Shown here: positions 18,563 through 28,512 of the stretch, in pieces | Position numbering within the stretch: position 1 is the first letter of the stretch | Layout of the letters: every line of letters starts with the position of its first letter | The notes under the pieces: model-generated | What the model was told of the DNA's origin: nothing | Databases searched by the model: none | Seen by the model: only the letters and a program-made list of their open reading frames with translations | Translations under genes and position numbers: made by a program | DNA from: Candidatus Gastranaerophilales bacterium | GTDB taxonomy: Bacteria; Cyanobacteriota; Vampirovibrionia; Gastranaerophilales; Gastranaerophilaceae | Length of the DNA: 64,000 nucleotides | NCBI GenBank assembly: GCA_944323655.1 | Contig: CALUTL010000006.1 | Span: forward strand, 19,950 to 83,949 | Direction: 5' to 3'

Positions 18563-19930
18563 ATGAAGGTCTTAGGAGTTAATTTAAACAACAACAGTAA
18601 AAGTAACATTTCAATGAAGCAACACATGGTAATAGCACCGCCGAGCAAAGCAGAAATTTTTTATAGTGAACACAAAGCAATAACTTATTCTTCGGCAGTA
18701 CTAGCGGCAGGATTAGGAGTAATTTATGCATCTAAAGGTCGTCCGGTTTCAAAACTTGCAAAGTCCATAGCGTCATCAATGGGCAAACTTTCTGACACTC
18801 AGGTTAATCCCAATCGTTTATCCTGTATTATGAGCGGGGAAGAACTGTTAAAAATGCTGCCGAGATTAAAAAAGGCAAGTTATGAAGCGACGGCGGATAA
18901 TATGAAAAAAGGTGTGTATAGAGCTGACTTGCACAGCCATTCAAACTATTCTGACGGTGTCGGATTAGTAAAAAATCTTCTTGATGATGCAACAGATTAT
19001 GCGGATTTTCTTTATTCAAAAACAAAAAACAAATTTATATATGCCCTAACAGACCATGATACCGTAAATGGCTTACAAGAAGCAATGACGATAATATCCG
19101 GTAATCCTGTAAGATATAAAAATCTTGATTTTGTACCGGCAATAGAGGTAAGTTTTGCCCATAGCGCCCCGAAATCAGGTAATGAATGCGAAGTATCCGA
19201 ACTTTTGGTTTACGGTATTAATCCGTATTCTCCTAAAATAAATGAATTTTTAGGTAAAATTCATCAAAAAAGATCAAATATGTTAAATAATTTTATAAAT
19301 GAAGCAAAAAATATAAATTCACTAGCAAAATTTTCCGTTGAGGAGTTTTCTAAATACTATGAATATGAAAAATACGGAAATATGATGAATCTTCACTGGA
19401 GGGCTTATCATTATGTCCAAACGAAGCATGCCGTAACAAAATATGCACATAATACTCATCAGGATCCGGAAGCTTTGTACAGACAAATAATGGAAGACTC
19501 CAAAGGGGCATCGGTCGGAATGTTGCATGACAAGGGTAAATTGCCGATGGATATAGGAGAATCAGAGGATTTTCAGGCCATATTCAAAAAATATGCTCCG
19601 CACTTTGAAAACGGTAAACTTATAGCTCCAAGTGAAAATACTTTTGAAGAAGTAATAGAAGCATTTAAAGATGAAAAAGGGATATTTATGGCATTTGCCC
19701 ATCCGGCTTATTTTGCAGAAAGGGTTGAAAATCCTAAAGAAACTTTGAAATATTTTATAGAAAATTCAAAAGGATTAATAAAAGCAAGTGAATCTTTCCA
19801 TCAGGCTTATGATACACGAATTAAACCCGATGTTGCGGAATCACTCCAAAAACAGACCGAAAAGCTTGGACTTTTGAACCTTGGCGGGCAGGACAATCAC
19901 AAAGGAAAATTATTTGAAATTACAATATAA
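18563..19930 (+). CDS. PHP-domain phosphoesterase family protein with N-terminal membrane/anchor region
   Basis: YRADLHSHSNYSDG and ALTDHDT are PHP (polymerase/histidinol phosphatase) metal-binding motifs. Confidence 0.7.
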   Translation: MKVLGVNLNNNSKSNISMKQHMVIAPPSKAEIFYSEHKAITYSSAVLAAGLGVIYASKGRPVSKLAKSIASSMGKLSDTQVNPNRLSCIMSGEELLKMLPRLKKASYEATADNMKKGVYRADLHSHSNYSDGVGLVKNLLDDATDYADFLYSKTKNKFIYALTDHDTVNGLQEAMTIISGNPVRYKNLDFVPAIEVSFAHSAPKSGNECEVSELLVYGINPYSPKINEFLGKIHQKRSNMLNNFINEAKNINSLAKFSVEEFSKYYEYEKYGNMMNLHWRAYHYVQTKHAVTKYAHNTHQDPEALYRQIMEDSKGASVGMLHDKGKLPMDIGESEDFQAIFKKYAPHFENGKLIAPSENTFEEVIEAFKDEKGIFMAFAHPAYFAERVENPKETLKYFIENSKGLIKASESFHQAYDTRIKPDVAESLQKQTEKLGLLNLGGQDNHKGKLFEITI

Positions 19931-19939
19931 GGTGGAAGA

Positions 19940-21184
19940 ATGAATATTACATTAACTAATAACATTTACTTTAACAAATACGGAAATATAAATAATACAA
20001 CAAAACCAAATTCAAATTTATATATTAACAATAAAAATTTAATAAAAAAAGACACATTTGAAAAACAATCAAATATTGAAAATAAACAAAATATATCATT
20101 TACCGGCGTAACTCGTGCGCTTAGTCAAGTTAAGATAAGATCATTGGATGATGCGATAAAACAATGGGAAAAATTGAGATATGCACCATATTATGAAGCA
20201 TTGGATGATTTTAAGTATCCTGAAAACAAGATAATACGTGCGCAGAACTTTGAGTTTTTAGATAAATTAACGCCTGAGATGAAAAAAGGTTTTGTAAATC
20301 ATTTTGAACAGGTAACGGGATTTCCGAATCTTGTTACGGTATCGGAAAGAATTGAAAATGAGTTTGTTAATCGAGTTTACGAAGCGGCGGAAAGAGTTGC
20401 GGGTGGCGTAAAGATAATAGCTGCAGGATATGATCCGACTTGTTCTGTTGCTTTAAGAAGGGCATTTCCCGGAAGCGGTTTGAATAAATCCTTTGTAGTT
20501 TTGCGTAATGCATCTTCTCTTTCCGATACGGAAGTTGTAAATCATTTTAAAGGAAATCTTTGGTTCAATACAGATCAGAGGATTTTGAGTTTAAATAAGG
20601 CGGATAATTTCCCAGAAGTATACACAATGGAGCAGGTTCATCATTGTCTTGATAAAATGGATGAAAGAGCAAAAGAGTTGTGGTTTGCAGATGGGGTTAA
20701 AACTTACATGAAGGACATGCTTGAATATGAAACTGATCCATTAAGAGGCGGTTATTTCAACATAAATTTAACCAGAGTTTTGCCCGGAAACGGTGTTACA
20801 AAAGAATTTGCAAAGAATTTTGCATATTTTATAGAATCAGTTCGTGACGGTAAAAATCTGATAAATAACAAAAGTTATTATAATACGTTATATTATGCAA
20901 TCAGGTTGTCGGAATTTGGTAAATACACGAATGTTTCAAGAATAAGTGCTCATAACAGACTTATATCTACGGGACAAGAACCTATTAAAGCAAAGTTACA
21001 ATTAAGAGAAGCTTTGGCAGGGGAATATTCACAGATGAATCCGGACGAAAAATTTGAGCTTGTCAAAGACATAATCAAAGCTGTTTCGAAAGACAACGAC
21101 AATCCGAAATTCACAAAATATTTTGAAAATGATCCGGCTGAAAATGAGCAGTATGCAAAATTGAACAGAGTTTTGGTTGAATAA
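19940..21184 (+). CDS. hypothetical protein
   Basis: 414-aa ORF lying 9 nt after the PHP gene (GGTGGAAGA SD). Asn-rich N-terminus. No family recognised. Confidence 0.65.
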   Translation: MNITLTNNIYFNKYGNINNTTKPNSNLYINNKNLIKKDTFEKQSNIENKQNISFTGVTRALSQVKIRSLDDAIKQWEKLRYAPYYEALDDFKYPENKIIRAQNFEFLDKLTPEMKKGFVNHFEQVTGFPNLVTVSERIENEFVNRVYEAAERVAGGVKIIAAGYDPTCSVALRRAFPGSGLNKSFVVLRNASSLSDTEVVNHFKGNLWFNTDQRILSLNKADNFPEVYTMEQVHHCLDKMDERAKELWFADGVKTYMKDMLEYETDPLRGGYFNINLTRVLPGNGVTKEFAKNFAYFIESVRDGKNLINNKSYYNTLYYAIRLSEFGKYTNVSRISAHNRLISTGQEPIKAKLQLREALAGEYSQMNPDEKFELVKDIIKAVSKDNDNPKFTKYFENDPAENEQYAKLNRVLVE

Positions 21185-21189
21185 TAAAA

Positions 21190-21945
21190 TTACATTTGAT
21201 TCACATAGAACATAACATTTTTAGCCCATTGACTACTTGCAGATTTAGCGCAATACTTGCCTGATTGAGCAATGGCATCAACTGTTGTCAGATGTTCATT
21301 AATTCTTCTGTTAATTATTCTAGCCATATCATCAATACATTTTTCGACGCTGTCAAAATCTTTAAGTCCGCTGCTTAGCATAATTCCGCCGATATTGTTT
21401 TTCTTAACGGCGGCTTTAGAAGTTCCTCTGCCTGATTCCTGCATAGCGATAGCGACAAGAAATGTTGGGTTAACGTTATATTTTTTGCCGGCATCAATGA
21501 AAGCTTGTCCTTTCCCATAGAAGGGATTATTTTTTTTAGTTCCGTTTTTTTTAGGAATAAGTTTTTCGATAAAATAATCAAGTTCTTCTGCTGTGCCGGG
21601 GTATTCTGAGCGTAAAAATTCGGAATTTTTGTTAAATTTATTTTTCGGATCCAGAGATAATTTGCTTAAAGGATAGGGATAAGTATTTTCTTCAATTTTA
21701 ATAGGAACTCCTGCGAATTTCGGAAGTTCAAAACGGGATAAACTAAATATTTCCGGTTCTGCTTTTAAAAGACTTTGAGCACGTCCTGAAATTGGGGCAA
21801 TAGATTCTGCTACTACCATTGTTACAGGAACAACTTTTTTAATTGTCGTCTTATTTACTTTTTCTTTAATTATTTTTTGCGGGGTGAATTTTTTCAAATT
21901 CATACGACTATAGCGCACGCACGCTTCAATTCGGGTTAAATGCAT
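21190..21945 (-). CDS. glucosaminidase-domain (FlgJ/LytD-like) peptidoglycan hydrolase
   Basis: NPTFLVAIAMQESGRGTSKAAVKKNNIGGI matches the mannosyl-glycoprotein endo-beta-N-acetylglucosaminidase core. Confidence 0.7.
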   Translation of the reverse strand: MHLTRIEACVRYSRMNLKKFTPQKIIKEKVNKTTIKKVVPVTMVVAESIAPISGRAQSLLKAEPEIFSLSRFELPKFAGVPIKIEENTYPYPLSKLSLDPKNKFNKNSEFLRSEYPGTAEELDYFIEKLIPKKNGTKKNNPFYGKGQAFIDAGKKYNVNPTFLVAIAMQESGRGTSKAAVKKNNIGGIMLSSGLKDFDSVEKCIDDMARIINRRINEHLTTVDAIAQSGKYCAKSASSQWAKNVMFYVNQM

Positions 21946-22028
21946 ATTCTATAAATCCTTATGGTTTTTTCCAGATATATTCTTTAAAAAACAAAAAAAA
22001 ATTTCAAGTCTTTAATATAAAGATTATC

Positions 22029-22517
22029 TTAATTTTTTACAATATATTTTTGAAGGAGAAGTTTTTTTAATGCTTTTGCGTAAATTGCATTCGGTTCGAT
22101 TTCGAGTAATTTTTCAAGATATTCAAGAGCTTTGTGATATTCACCGAGTTTTTTTTGAGCGGCGGCCATGGCAAATAGGGCATCAACGAATTTCGGATCA
22201 AGTTCAAGTGCTTTTTCCAAATCTTTGACGGCATTTTTGATGTTTGGATTTTCGATATCTTTACGGCTGAGGATTATATTTGCGCGGTTGTAATAAGCAT
22301 CTGTCATCTTGTCATTAAGTTGAATTGTTTTTGTGTAATCAAGCATTGCGTCGTTATATTTTTCTAAAGCCTGATTTGCAACTGCTCTGTAAAAATATGA
22401 AATATCCCAATCGTTTTTAAGTTCTATTGATTTGTTAATTTTTTTTATTGCATCTGAAAATTTGTTATTATTTATATCTGAAATTCCTTCATCAAGATAA
22501 GTTTTGTAATCGTCCAT
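22029..22517 (-). CDS. tetratricopeptide-repeat protein
   Basis: Multiple 34-aa TPR units (e.g. AYYNRANIILSRKDIENPNIKNAVKDLEKALELDPKF). Confidence 0.85.
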   Translation of the reverse strand: MDDYKTYLDEGISDINNNKFSDAIKKINKSIELKNDWDISYFYRAVANQALEKYNDAMLDYTKTIQLNDKMTDAYYNRANIILSRKDIENPNIKNAVKDLEKALELDPKFVDALFAMAAAQKKLGEYHKALEYLEKLLEIEPNAIYAKALKKLLLQKYIVKN

Positions 22518-22532
22518 GTTTTCCTCTTTGTT

Positions 22533-23213
22533 TTAGTATGGTCTTAGTGAAGTTAAAAATAAAAATCCGATAATTGTTAAAGATATCGTAAATGTTATCA
22601 GCATTACAATACCGAATACGGGAATTTTTGATTTGGTTTTGGATTTTGCGGGTTTTGATTTTTGTTTTTGATTTTTTTTAGTTGTTTGAACTTTTTTTTG
22701 AGGAAGTTCTTTGGGTTTTGTTTTTTTATATTGAATTTTTTTCTCGTTGTATCTTTCGGCAAGCGATTTATTTTTTTTGCCTGTGACAAGAAGCTCTGTA
22801 TCGTATTGCATTCTTAATAATTTGTCGCTCGGGCCGTTTTTGTAGACAGAATAACTGATTGCAACTTCAAAAGCTCTTTGAAGACATTCTAAGGCTGTGA
22901 TACCGTCTTTTTTAACTGTTGAGGAATGGGTAGATTTGTTGCCTTTTCTTTTTAAAAAATACAAATCATCCAGAAATTCTTTTTCTTGCGGATTCCCTTC
23001 GGCTTTATCTTTGAGTGTGGCAAGCATATCGTCGAAAGTTTCTTCAGAAGTTCTTCTGTTTCCGAGAACATCTTTGCAGACATTTTCGGCAAACCTTCTT
23101 GTCTGTGTCATGCACTGTTCAAAATATTCGTCACGATAAAGCTTTTCGGCTTCCGTGATTATATCAAAAAGGTTTTTATCGGTACTTTTTAGAAAATCAA
23201 AATTTGTTGCCAT
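22533..23213 (-). CDS. DUF4145-like domain protein with Lys-rich linker and C-terminal TM anchor
   Basis: MATNFDFLKSTDKNLFDIITEAEKLYRDEYFEQCMTQTRRFAENVCKDVL resembles the NFxFL...AE...R..E motif found at HsdR N-termini (DUF4145). The C-terminus IPVFGIVMLITFTISLTIIGFLFL is hydrophobic. The track start at 23360 is rejected because it overlaps the divergent gene. Confidence 0.6.
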   Translation of the reverse strand: MATNFDFLKSTDKNLFDIITEAEKLYRDEYFEQCMTQTRRFAENVCKDVLGNRRTSEETFDDMLATLKDKAEGNPQEKEFLDDLYFLKRKGNKSTHSSTVKKDGITALECLQRAFEVAISYSVYKNGPSDKLLRMQYDTELLVTGKKNKSLAERYNEKKIQYKKTKPKELPQKKVQTTKKNQKQKSKPAKSKTKSKIPVFGIVMLITFTISLTIIGFLFLTSLRPY

Positions 23214-23327
23214 CCTCAATCTCCGAAAATTATTATCACGTAAAAATATTTTTGCGGCAAGTATTGATTTTATTTTGTTTTTACGGTCAAAATGGTTGTG
23301 TAGCAATGTAATTTTAAGGTGGTAAAT

Positions 23328-24230
23328 ATGGAATTTAGTGTAAATGAAAAATGTATTCACTGCGGAAAATGTGTGAAGGATTGTCTTAGTAAAGCTTTAA
23401 AATTTGATGAAAATAAAATTCCGGTTTTGGATGAAAGCAAATGCAAAAAATGTCAGCATTGTATGGCGGTTTGTCCGGTCGGGGCATTATCAATTATGGG
23501 CAAAAACCCTGAAGATTCCGATTTGCCGAATAATTTGCCGGACGGTGAACAGGTTTTAAATTTGATTAAAAACAGAAGAAGTGACAGACATTACAAACAT
23601 GAAAATCTTGATAAAGAAACTATTGAAAAATTAAAAAATATGCTTAATTGGGTTCCGACGGGCGTAAACGATCACAGACTTCATTTTTCGTTTATTGATG
23701 ATGTTGAGGTTATGGATGAGGTGAGGGATTACACAAACGGAAAACTTTTAAGAATGCTTTCCTGCTGTGACAAAAGGAATATTATTTTGAACGGAATTAC
23801 ATCACCTGTAATCAATTTTGCGACTAAAAAATTTGAGCGATATAAAGAAGCTTTTTTGAAGGGAGAAGATATAATCTTTAGAGGCGCACCTCACATGGTT
23901 GTGGTGTCAACTCCTGCCGATGCGCCTTGTGCTGCAATAGATCCGATTATTGCATTATCTTATTTTGAACTTTATGCACAGAGTATGGGGATCGGAACTT
24001 GCTGGTGCGGATTAGCTTATGCTGTTTTAAGAATTTTTCCTGAACTTTGTGATCATCTTGAAATTCCTGAAAATTACAAAGTCGGATATGTGATGCTTTT
24101 TGGGCCGAAGGATGTGAATTATCCTCGTGCAACACAGCCCGAAAACTGTCAGATGGTTTCTGTTAAAAAAGGAATAAAAAATTCGACTTTAAAATCAAAA
24201 ATTAAAAGATATATAAGACACTTAGTGTAA
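23328..24230 (+). CDS. 4Fe-4S ferredoxin domain fused to a nitroreductase-family domain
   Basis: CIHCGKCVKDC and CKKCQHCMAVCP motifs are followed by a nitroreductase-like segment (IKNRRSDRHY...). ATG 23328 is preceded by AAGGTGG. Confidence 0.8.
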   Translation: MEFSVNEKCIHCGKCVKDCLSKALKFDENKIPVLDESKCKKCQHCMAVCPVGALSIMGKNPEDSDLPNNLPDGEQVLNLIKNRRSDRHYKHENLDKETIEKLKNMLNWVPTGVNDHRLHFSFIDDVEVMDEVRDYTNGKLLRMLSCCDKRNIILNGITSPVINFATKKFERYKEAFLKGEDIIFRGAPHMVVVSTPADAPCAAIDPIIALSYFELYAQSMGIGTCWCGLAYAVLRIFPELCDHLEIPENYKVGYVMLFGPKDVNYPRATQPENCQMVSVKKGIKNSTLKSKIKRYIRHLV

Positions 24231-24286
24231 AATCTTTTTATGTTAATATATTATTGGCTAAATAAAAATTAAAAGGAGAGTACAAA

Positions 24287-25597
24287 ATGACTCAGGCATG
24301 TATTTGTAAATCAGGTTTAACCTGTGATTTCTTCGGTTTTGATTTTTCAAAATACGAAGGTAATGTATCAAAATTTGTTGGAGAATTTTCAAAAAGAGCA
24401 AACCAAAAAGGTCAGTTTCTTAATTGGGTAAATCTTCCGCAAGAACAGATTAAAAGAGTTGATGAAATTTATACACTTGCAGAAAAATTAAAAGCACAAA
24501 CAGGCTGCGAAAGACTCAGCGTTATGGGTATCGGCGGTTCAAAGCATACTGTTGAACATATGTTAAGCATTAACGGCTTGAATATTTGCCAGGATAAAAT
24601 TGCTTTTTATTCAGACGTTGATTCTGCAAGTTTTGAAAGATTTTTATACAGAATGGGCAACAAGGTTACTTCATCAAACTATATGATTGCTTCAAAATCA
24701 GGTTCAACTTTTGAAACAAAAGACGGATTTTTGAGAATACAGCAAATGTTGATTGATGAATACAAAGCTCAAGGCCAATCACAAGAAGAAGCTGAAAAAT
24801 TGGCAGCTAAACATTTTATCGCAGTTACCGATGCTAATAAAGAAAAAAGCGAATTGAGAAGAACTTCTAACGAAAACGGCTGGCTTGGTGATTTGTACAT
24901 CCACGATGATGTCGGCGGAAGATTTTCTGCTTTTGATGATCACGCTTTGTTTACTTTGGCTTATGCAGGCATGAAAAAAGAAGATATGGTTAAAATGCTT
25001 TCTGCTGCGCAAGAAGTTTCTAAAATTTCACTTTCAAGTGATTTTGAAAACAATATCGCATTAAAAGAAGGTATTTTCTGGGCAGATGCAAAATTGAGCG
25101 GAATTGAAGCTTCAGTTCATCAATATATGGGTTCAATTTTTGAAAACACAGTTTACTGGCACGCTCAAATGCAGAATGAATCCGTAAAAGATACTTTAAA
25201 ACAAGTTGCAAAAGTTCCTGATGCAATGCACCACAGTGCGGAAGCTCATTTTAATCCTGCAAACAAGCTTGTTTTTGCGCTTACTGTTCCGAATGATAAC
25301 GGCGAATGCAAAGAAAATGCTGAAAGTTACATCGGCGCACTTTGCAAATCTTATGAAGTATCAGGCGCATTTTTCTGTGAACATATCGACACTCTTAAAA
25401 TGGGCTTAACTCCTGAAGCTGCGGGCGCTATGACTCAACTAAGAGCTTATGCGACCGTTTATCAGGAAATCGTTGAAAAAATTACCAAAGGAATCGCTTT
25501 TCCTGAAGTTCTTGACAGCGTTCTTCAGCCGCACGTTGAATTCTACAAAAAGAATTTGAAAGGCGGAGTTGTTGTTCCTGGCAGAGTTTCAAAATAG
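24287..25597 (+). CDS. pgi: glucose-6-phosphate isomerase
   Basis: VMGIGGSKH and IASKSGSTFET are PGI sugar-isomerase signatures. 436 aa, the short bacterial type. Confidence 0.85.
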   Translation: MTQACICKSGLTCDFFGFDFSKYEGNVSKFVGEFSKRANQKGQFLNWVNLPQEQIKRVDEIYTLAEKLKAQTGCERLSVMGIGGSKHTVEHMLSINGLNICQDKIAFYSDVDSASFERFLYRMGNKVTSSNYMIASKSGSTFETKDGFLRIQQMLIDEYKAQGQSQEEAEKLAAKHFIAVTDANKEKSELRRTSNENGWLGDLYIHDDVGGRFSAFDDHALFTLAYAGMKKEDMVKMLSAAQEVSKISLSSDFENNIALKEGIFWADAKLSGIEASVHQYMGSIFENTVYWHAQMQNESVKDTLKQVAKVPDAMHHSAEAHFNPANKLVFALTVPNDNGECKENAESYIGALCKSYEVSGAFFCEHIDTLKMGLTPEAAGAMTQLRAYATVYQEIVEKITKGIAFPEVLDSVLQPHVEFYKKNLKGGVVVPGRVSK

Positions 25598-25777
25598 TAT
25601 AAGCTTTTTCGATTTTGCCGGATTGAAAATTTTTTAACAGCAAGATTTGATAGCTTGAAATATGTAAAAAACACCGTTTTGTGAATAAATAGCAAAATGG
25701 TGTTTTTATTTTAGAAGTTATTTTTTTGCTCAAAATATGTTATAATATAGGCATAGATTTATTGGGAGTTATGAAAA

Positions 25778-26695
25778 ATGCTTGATTATGACAGTTTGCT
25801 TAAAAAAATTCCGAAAGTCAAAAAACTGCTTGACGATGGTTCAAATCATATTCTTTACCACTATACAAAGCCCGAAAAGCTTTTGAGTATTCTTGAATCA
25901 GGCACAATAAGGTTTTCTAATGCGCTTTATCTTAATGACAAAGAGGAAGTTACGTATTCGTATAAGCTTATCGGAAATCTTATTGACGAAATGCCTGAGC
26001 TTAACAAAGAATTGTTTTCCAAAATTAAAGAGCATTTTTATAAAAAATACAAAAATATTATTGACGGTCAGGACAATTTTAATAACAAATCCGAATATTA
26101 TACAATTTCGTTTTCGACAGAAAGCGATAACCTGACACTTTGGAACAATTATTCTAAAGGACAGACTTACACAGGCTACAATATCGGATTTTGCAAAAAA
26201 GATCTTATTGCCGATATGGAAAAACAAGGATTTCATTCTGTCTACGGCAATGTAATCTATTCTAAAGAAACCCAGATGACTATTTTGAAGCTTATTTTTG
26301 AAAAATGGAATAAGGAATTTGAAAAAATAGCTTGCGCTAAAATTACGCCGAAAATCCTCGAAAAACAACAGGATATTCTTTTTGAACTTGCAGATATTTT
26401 GAGTATAGTCAGTTTGTTCTTTAAAAATCCGTATTTTAAAGATGAAAAAGAATATCGTATTATTTTTATAAGTAATTACAGTTCAAATTCTTACAGGCAG
26501 ACGAAAATCTTTGAGAAAAACGGGCTTTTTATTCCTTATATTGAATATAAATTCTTGAAAAAAACAGTAAATTCAATAAATATCGGGCCGACTCTGGATG
26601 AAAATATTTTCTACACAAGCACTTGCCGTATGTTGTCGAATTTCGGGTATGACAAGAAAACAATTAATCGGTCTAAAATTCCTTTGAGATACTAA
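25778..26695 (+). CDS. DUF2971-like protein
   Basis: The N-terminal HILYHYTKPEKLLSILESGTIRFSNALYLNDKEE pattern matches what I remember for DUF2971. Confidence 0.55.
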   Translation: MLDYDSLLKKIPKVKKLLDDGSNHILYHYTKPEKLLSILESGTIRFSNALYLNDKEEVTYSYKLIGNLIDEMPELNKELFSKIKEHFYKKYKNIIDGQDNFNNKSEYYTISFSTESDNLTLWNNYSKGQTYTGYNIGFCKKDLIADMEKQGFHSVYGNVIYSKETQMTILKLIFEKWNKEFEKIACAKITPKILEKQQDILFELADILSIVSLFFKNPYFKDEKEYRIIFISNYSSNSYRQTKIFEKNGLFIPYIEYKFLKKTVNSINIGPTLDENIFYTSTCRMLSNFGYDKKTINRSKIPLRY

Positions 26696-26704
26696 AATTT
26701 TTCG

Positions 26705-27679
26705 CTAAACTTTTTTATCTAATTGAATTTTGAACAAATTTTTGCTGTTTCTGTAAAAAATTCTGCTTATCAATTTGTCGGCATCGCTTCCGAAATTGTT
26801 TTTGATAGCTTGTTTTATGTTTTGAATATTCTCATTATAAGCATTCGGCTGTTTAAGAGCTTTTTCTCCGAAAACTCCCAAAGGTGCGTCTGTTCCAAAT
26901 AACAAGCGTTCTGTTTTATCGCCTTTTGAAGTGTTTAAAAGTCTGCGGATTGCTTCTATAACATGCGGTTTTTCAGGATTTGCCCAGTCTACCCAGGCTA
27001 AATCGGCATAAAGTTTTGCATCTCCGTTTTCAATAGAATTGATAAGAGTGTTAATTCCCGCTTTATGAGATTTTTCTCCGCCTAAGCCCATGTGACCTAA
27101 TATTACAGGAACTTTCGGAAACTGTCTTGCTGTTGCGTAAATCCGTTTTGGATCAGAAACCCCGCCTCTTACAATACTTCCGTTATCTTTGCTTACAACT
27201 TCACAGTGAAACAAGCAGGGTTTATTATATTGTTCTGCAAGCTTCATATACGGAATATAACGAATATCGTCTGCCGGTATGTTTAAGCAGGCAGGATGAA
27301 ATTTTAAGCCTTTTATTAAATCAGGATATGTCTTTAATAACAATTCTATATTCTCAACACACCCAAACCCAGGCTGGCATACAACCAGCGGAATAAGTTT
27401 ATCATTTTTTAAACATTCTTTGAGTAAAATAAGATTCCCTTGAATTTCATTTTTATAAGGTTGTGCTTTATGGTTATTTATAATGCAGTCCAAATTCGAT
27501 ATTATAACTTTTTCGAGCTTATCTTTTCCGTTGTTGTATCTTTTATGGAAAATTTCTAAAACATCATTTGTCAAAAATTTGTCGTTAATCCATTTCCCGC
27601 AATGAGTGTGTGAGTCTATAATTTTGCCGTTGAAACTTTGATAGTTATGTGTTTTAGTTTGTGTATTATTTATAATCAT
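26705..27679 (-). CDS. amidohydrolase-family (TIM-barrel metal-dependent hydrolase) protein
   Basis: IIDSHTHCG near the N-terminus and a later LGHMG...FGTDAP pattern. Confidence 0.7.
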   Translation of the reverse strand: MIINNTQTKTHNYQSFNGKIIDSHTHCGKWINDKFLTNDVLEIFHKRYNNGKDKLEKVIISNLDCIINNHKAQPYKNEIQGNLILLKECLKNDKLIPLVVCQPGFGCVENIELLLKTYPDLIKGLKFHPACLNIPADDIRYIPYMKLAEQYNKPCLFHCEVVSKDNGSIVRGGVSDPKRIYATARQFPKVPVILGHMGLGGEKSHKAGINTLINSIENGDAKLYADLAWVDWANPEKPHVIEAIRRLLNTSKGDKTERLLFGTDAPLGVFGEKALKQPNAYNENIQNIKQAIKNNFGSDADKLISRIFYRNSKNLFKIQLDKKV

Positions 27680-27843
27680 TTGTTTAAAAATCCCTTGTGT
27701 TTGTTTTATGTTTATTTTGAAAAATCGTAAAAAAATTTTTTTACATTAATTATTAGTATTTTTAATAAAAATTAATGTTTTAATGTAAAAGTTACAAAGA
27801 TTTTAATCGTAAAAATAAGAAAATTACTTTATTTTAAATATGT

Positions 27844-28512
27844 TTATGCTATTTTTTCCAATTTATTATTCTTAACTTCCAATTTGTCGGAATTGTTTTT
27901 CTTTTTTAAATCAACCTTTGAATTTTGTTCAAAACCGAGGCTTCTCATTATCGGATGTAAAATATGATTGCTGAGTTCCGATGCAATCCAGGCTAGGCCT
28001 ATTACTGTTCCTGTCAGATTGCTTAATTCAATAACACCCTTCGGAAGCGGAAACTGGGGCGGTTTTTCATCATTTAAGAGATGTTCTTTTAAGGTTAATT
28101 TGTCATTTTCATTTGCTTTTAATGTGTCGGAAATTTTCGGTAAAAGCTTATGATTTTTACGTTCTTTGATGTCCATTTTGGAAAGTTTTGCGTAATTCAA
28201 AAACTCATTTGCATCTTTAAATTTAGGAAAATCCTTATCACCTTTCAGAATTTTTTGAGCTAATTTAAATCCGTATTTTTGGAAAATAAACGGAATCATT
28301 GTAAGATAAATTGCTACGCATAAAGTTTGGTACAAACCTTCTTTAGTTGCGGCATATTTTCGAGTGTTTATATCGACCTTTTTATCCATCATAATCGCAG
28401 CGGGTCTTCCGGTTGCTTTGAAGAAGGATTCTGTTGTGACGGTGTATTTTGTGTTGTTTGCAAAGTTTACAAACTGCGGATTTAGAAGGACGTTAGCTAT
28501 TTTATCAAGCAT
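27844..28512 (-). CDS. hypothetical membrane protein (paralog of upstream gene)
   Basis: Shares ...GRPAAIMMDKKVDINTRKYAATKEGLYQTL... with the neighbour's ...LRPTFTMMDKKQERDSRVYTAFREGLTGAV.... Its start overlaps the neighbour's stop (TAATG). Confidence 0.6.
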   Translation of the reverse strand: MLDKIANVLLNPQFVNFANNTKYTVTTESFFKATGRPAAIMMDKKVDINTRKYAATKEGLYQTLCVAIYLTMIPFIFQKYGFKLAQKILKGDKDFPKFKDANEFLNYAKLSKMDIKERKNHKLLPKISDTLKANENDKLTLKEHLLNDEKPPQFPLPKGVIELSNLTGTVIGLAWIASELSNHILHPIMRSLGFEQNSKVDLKKKNNSDKLEVKNNKLEKIA

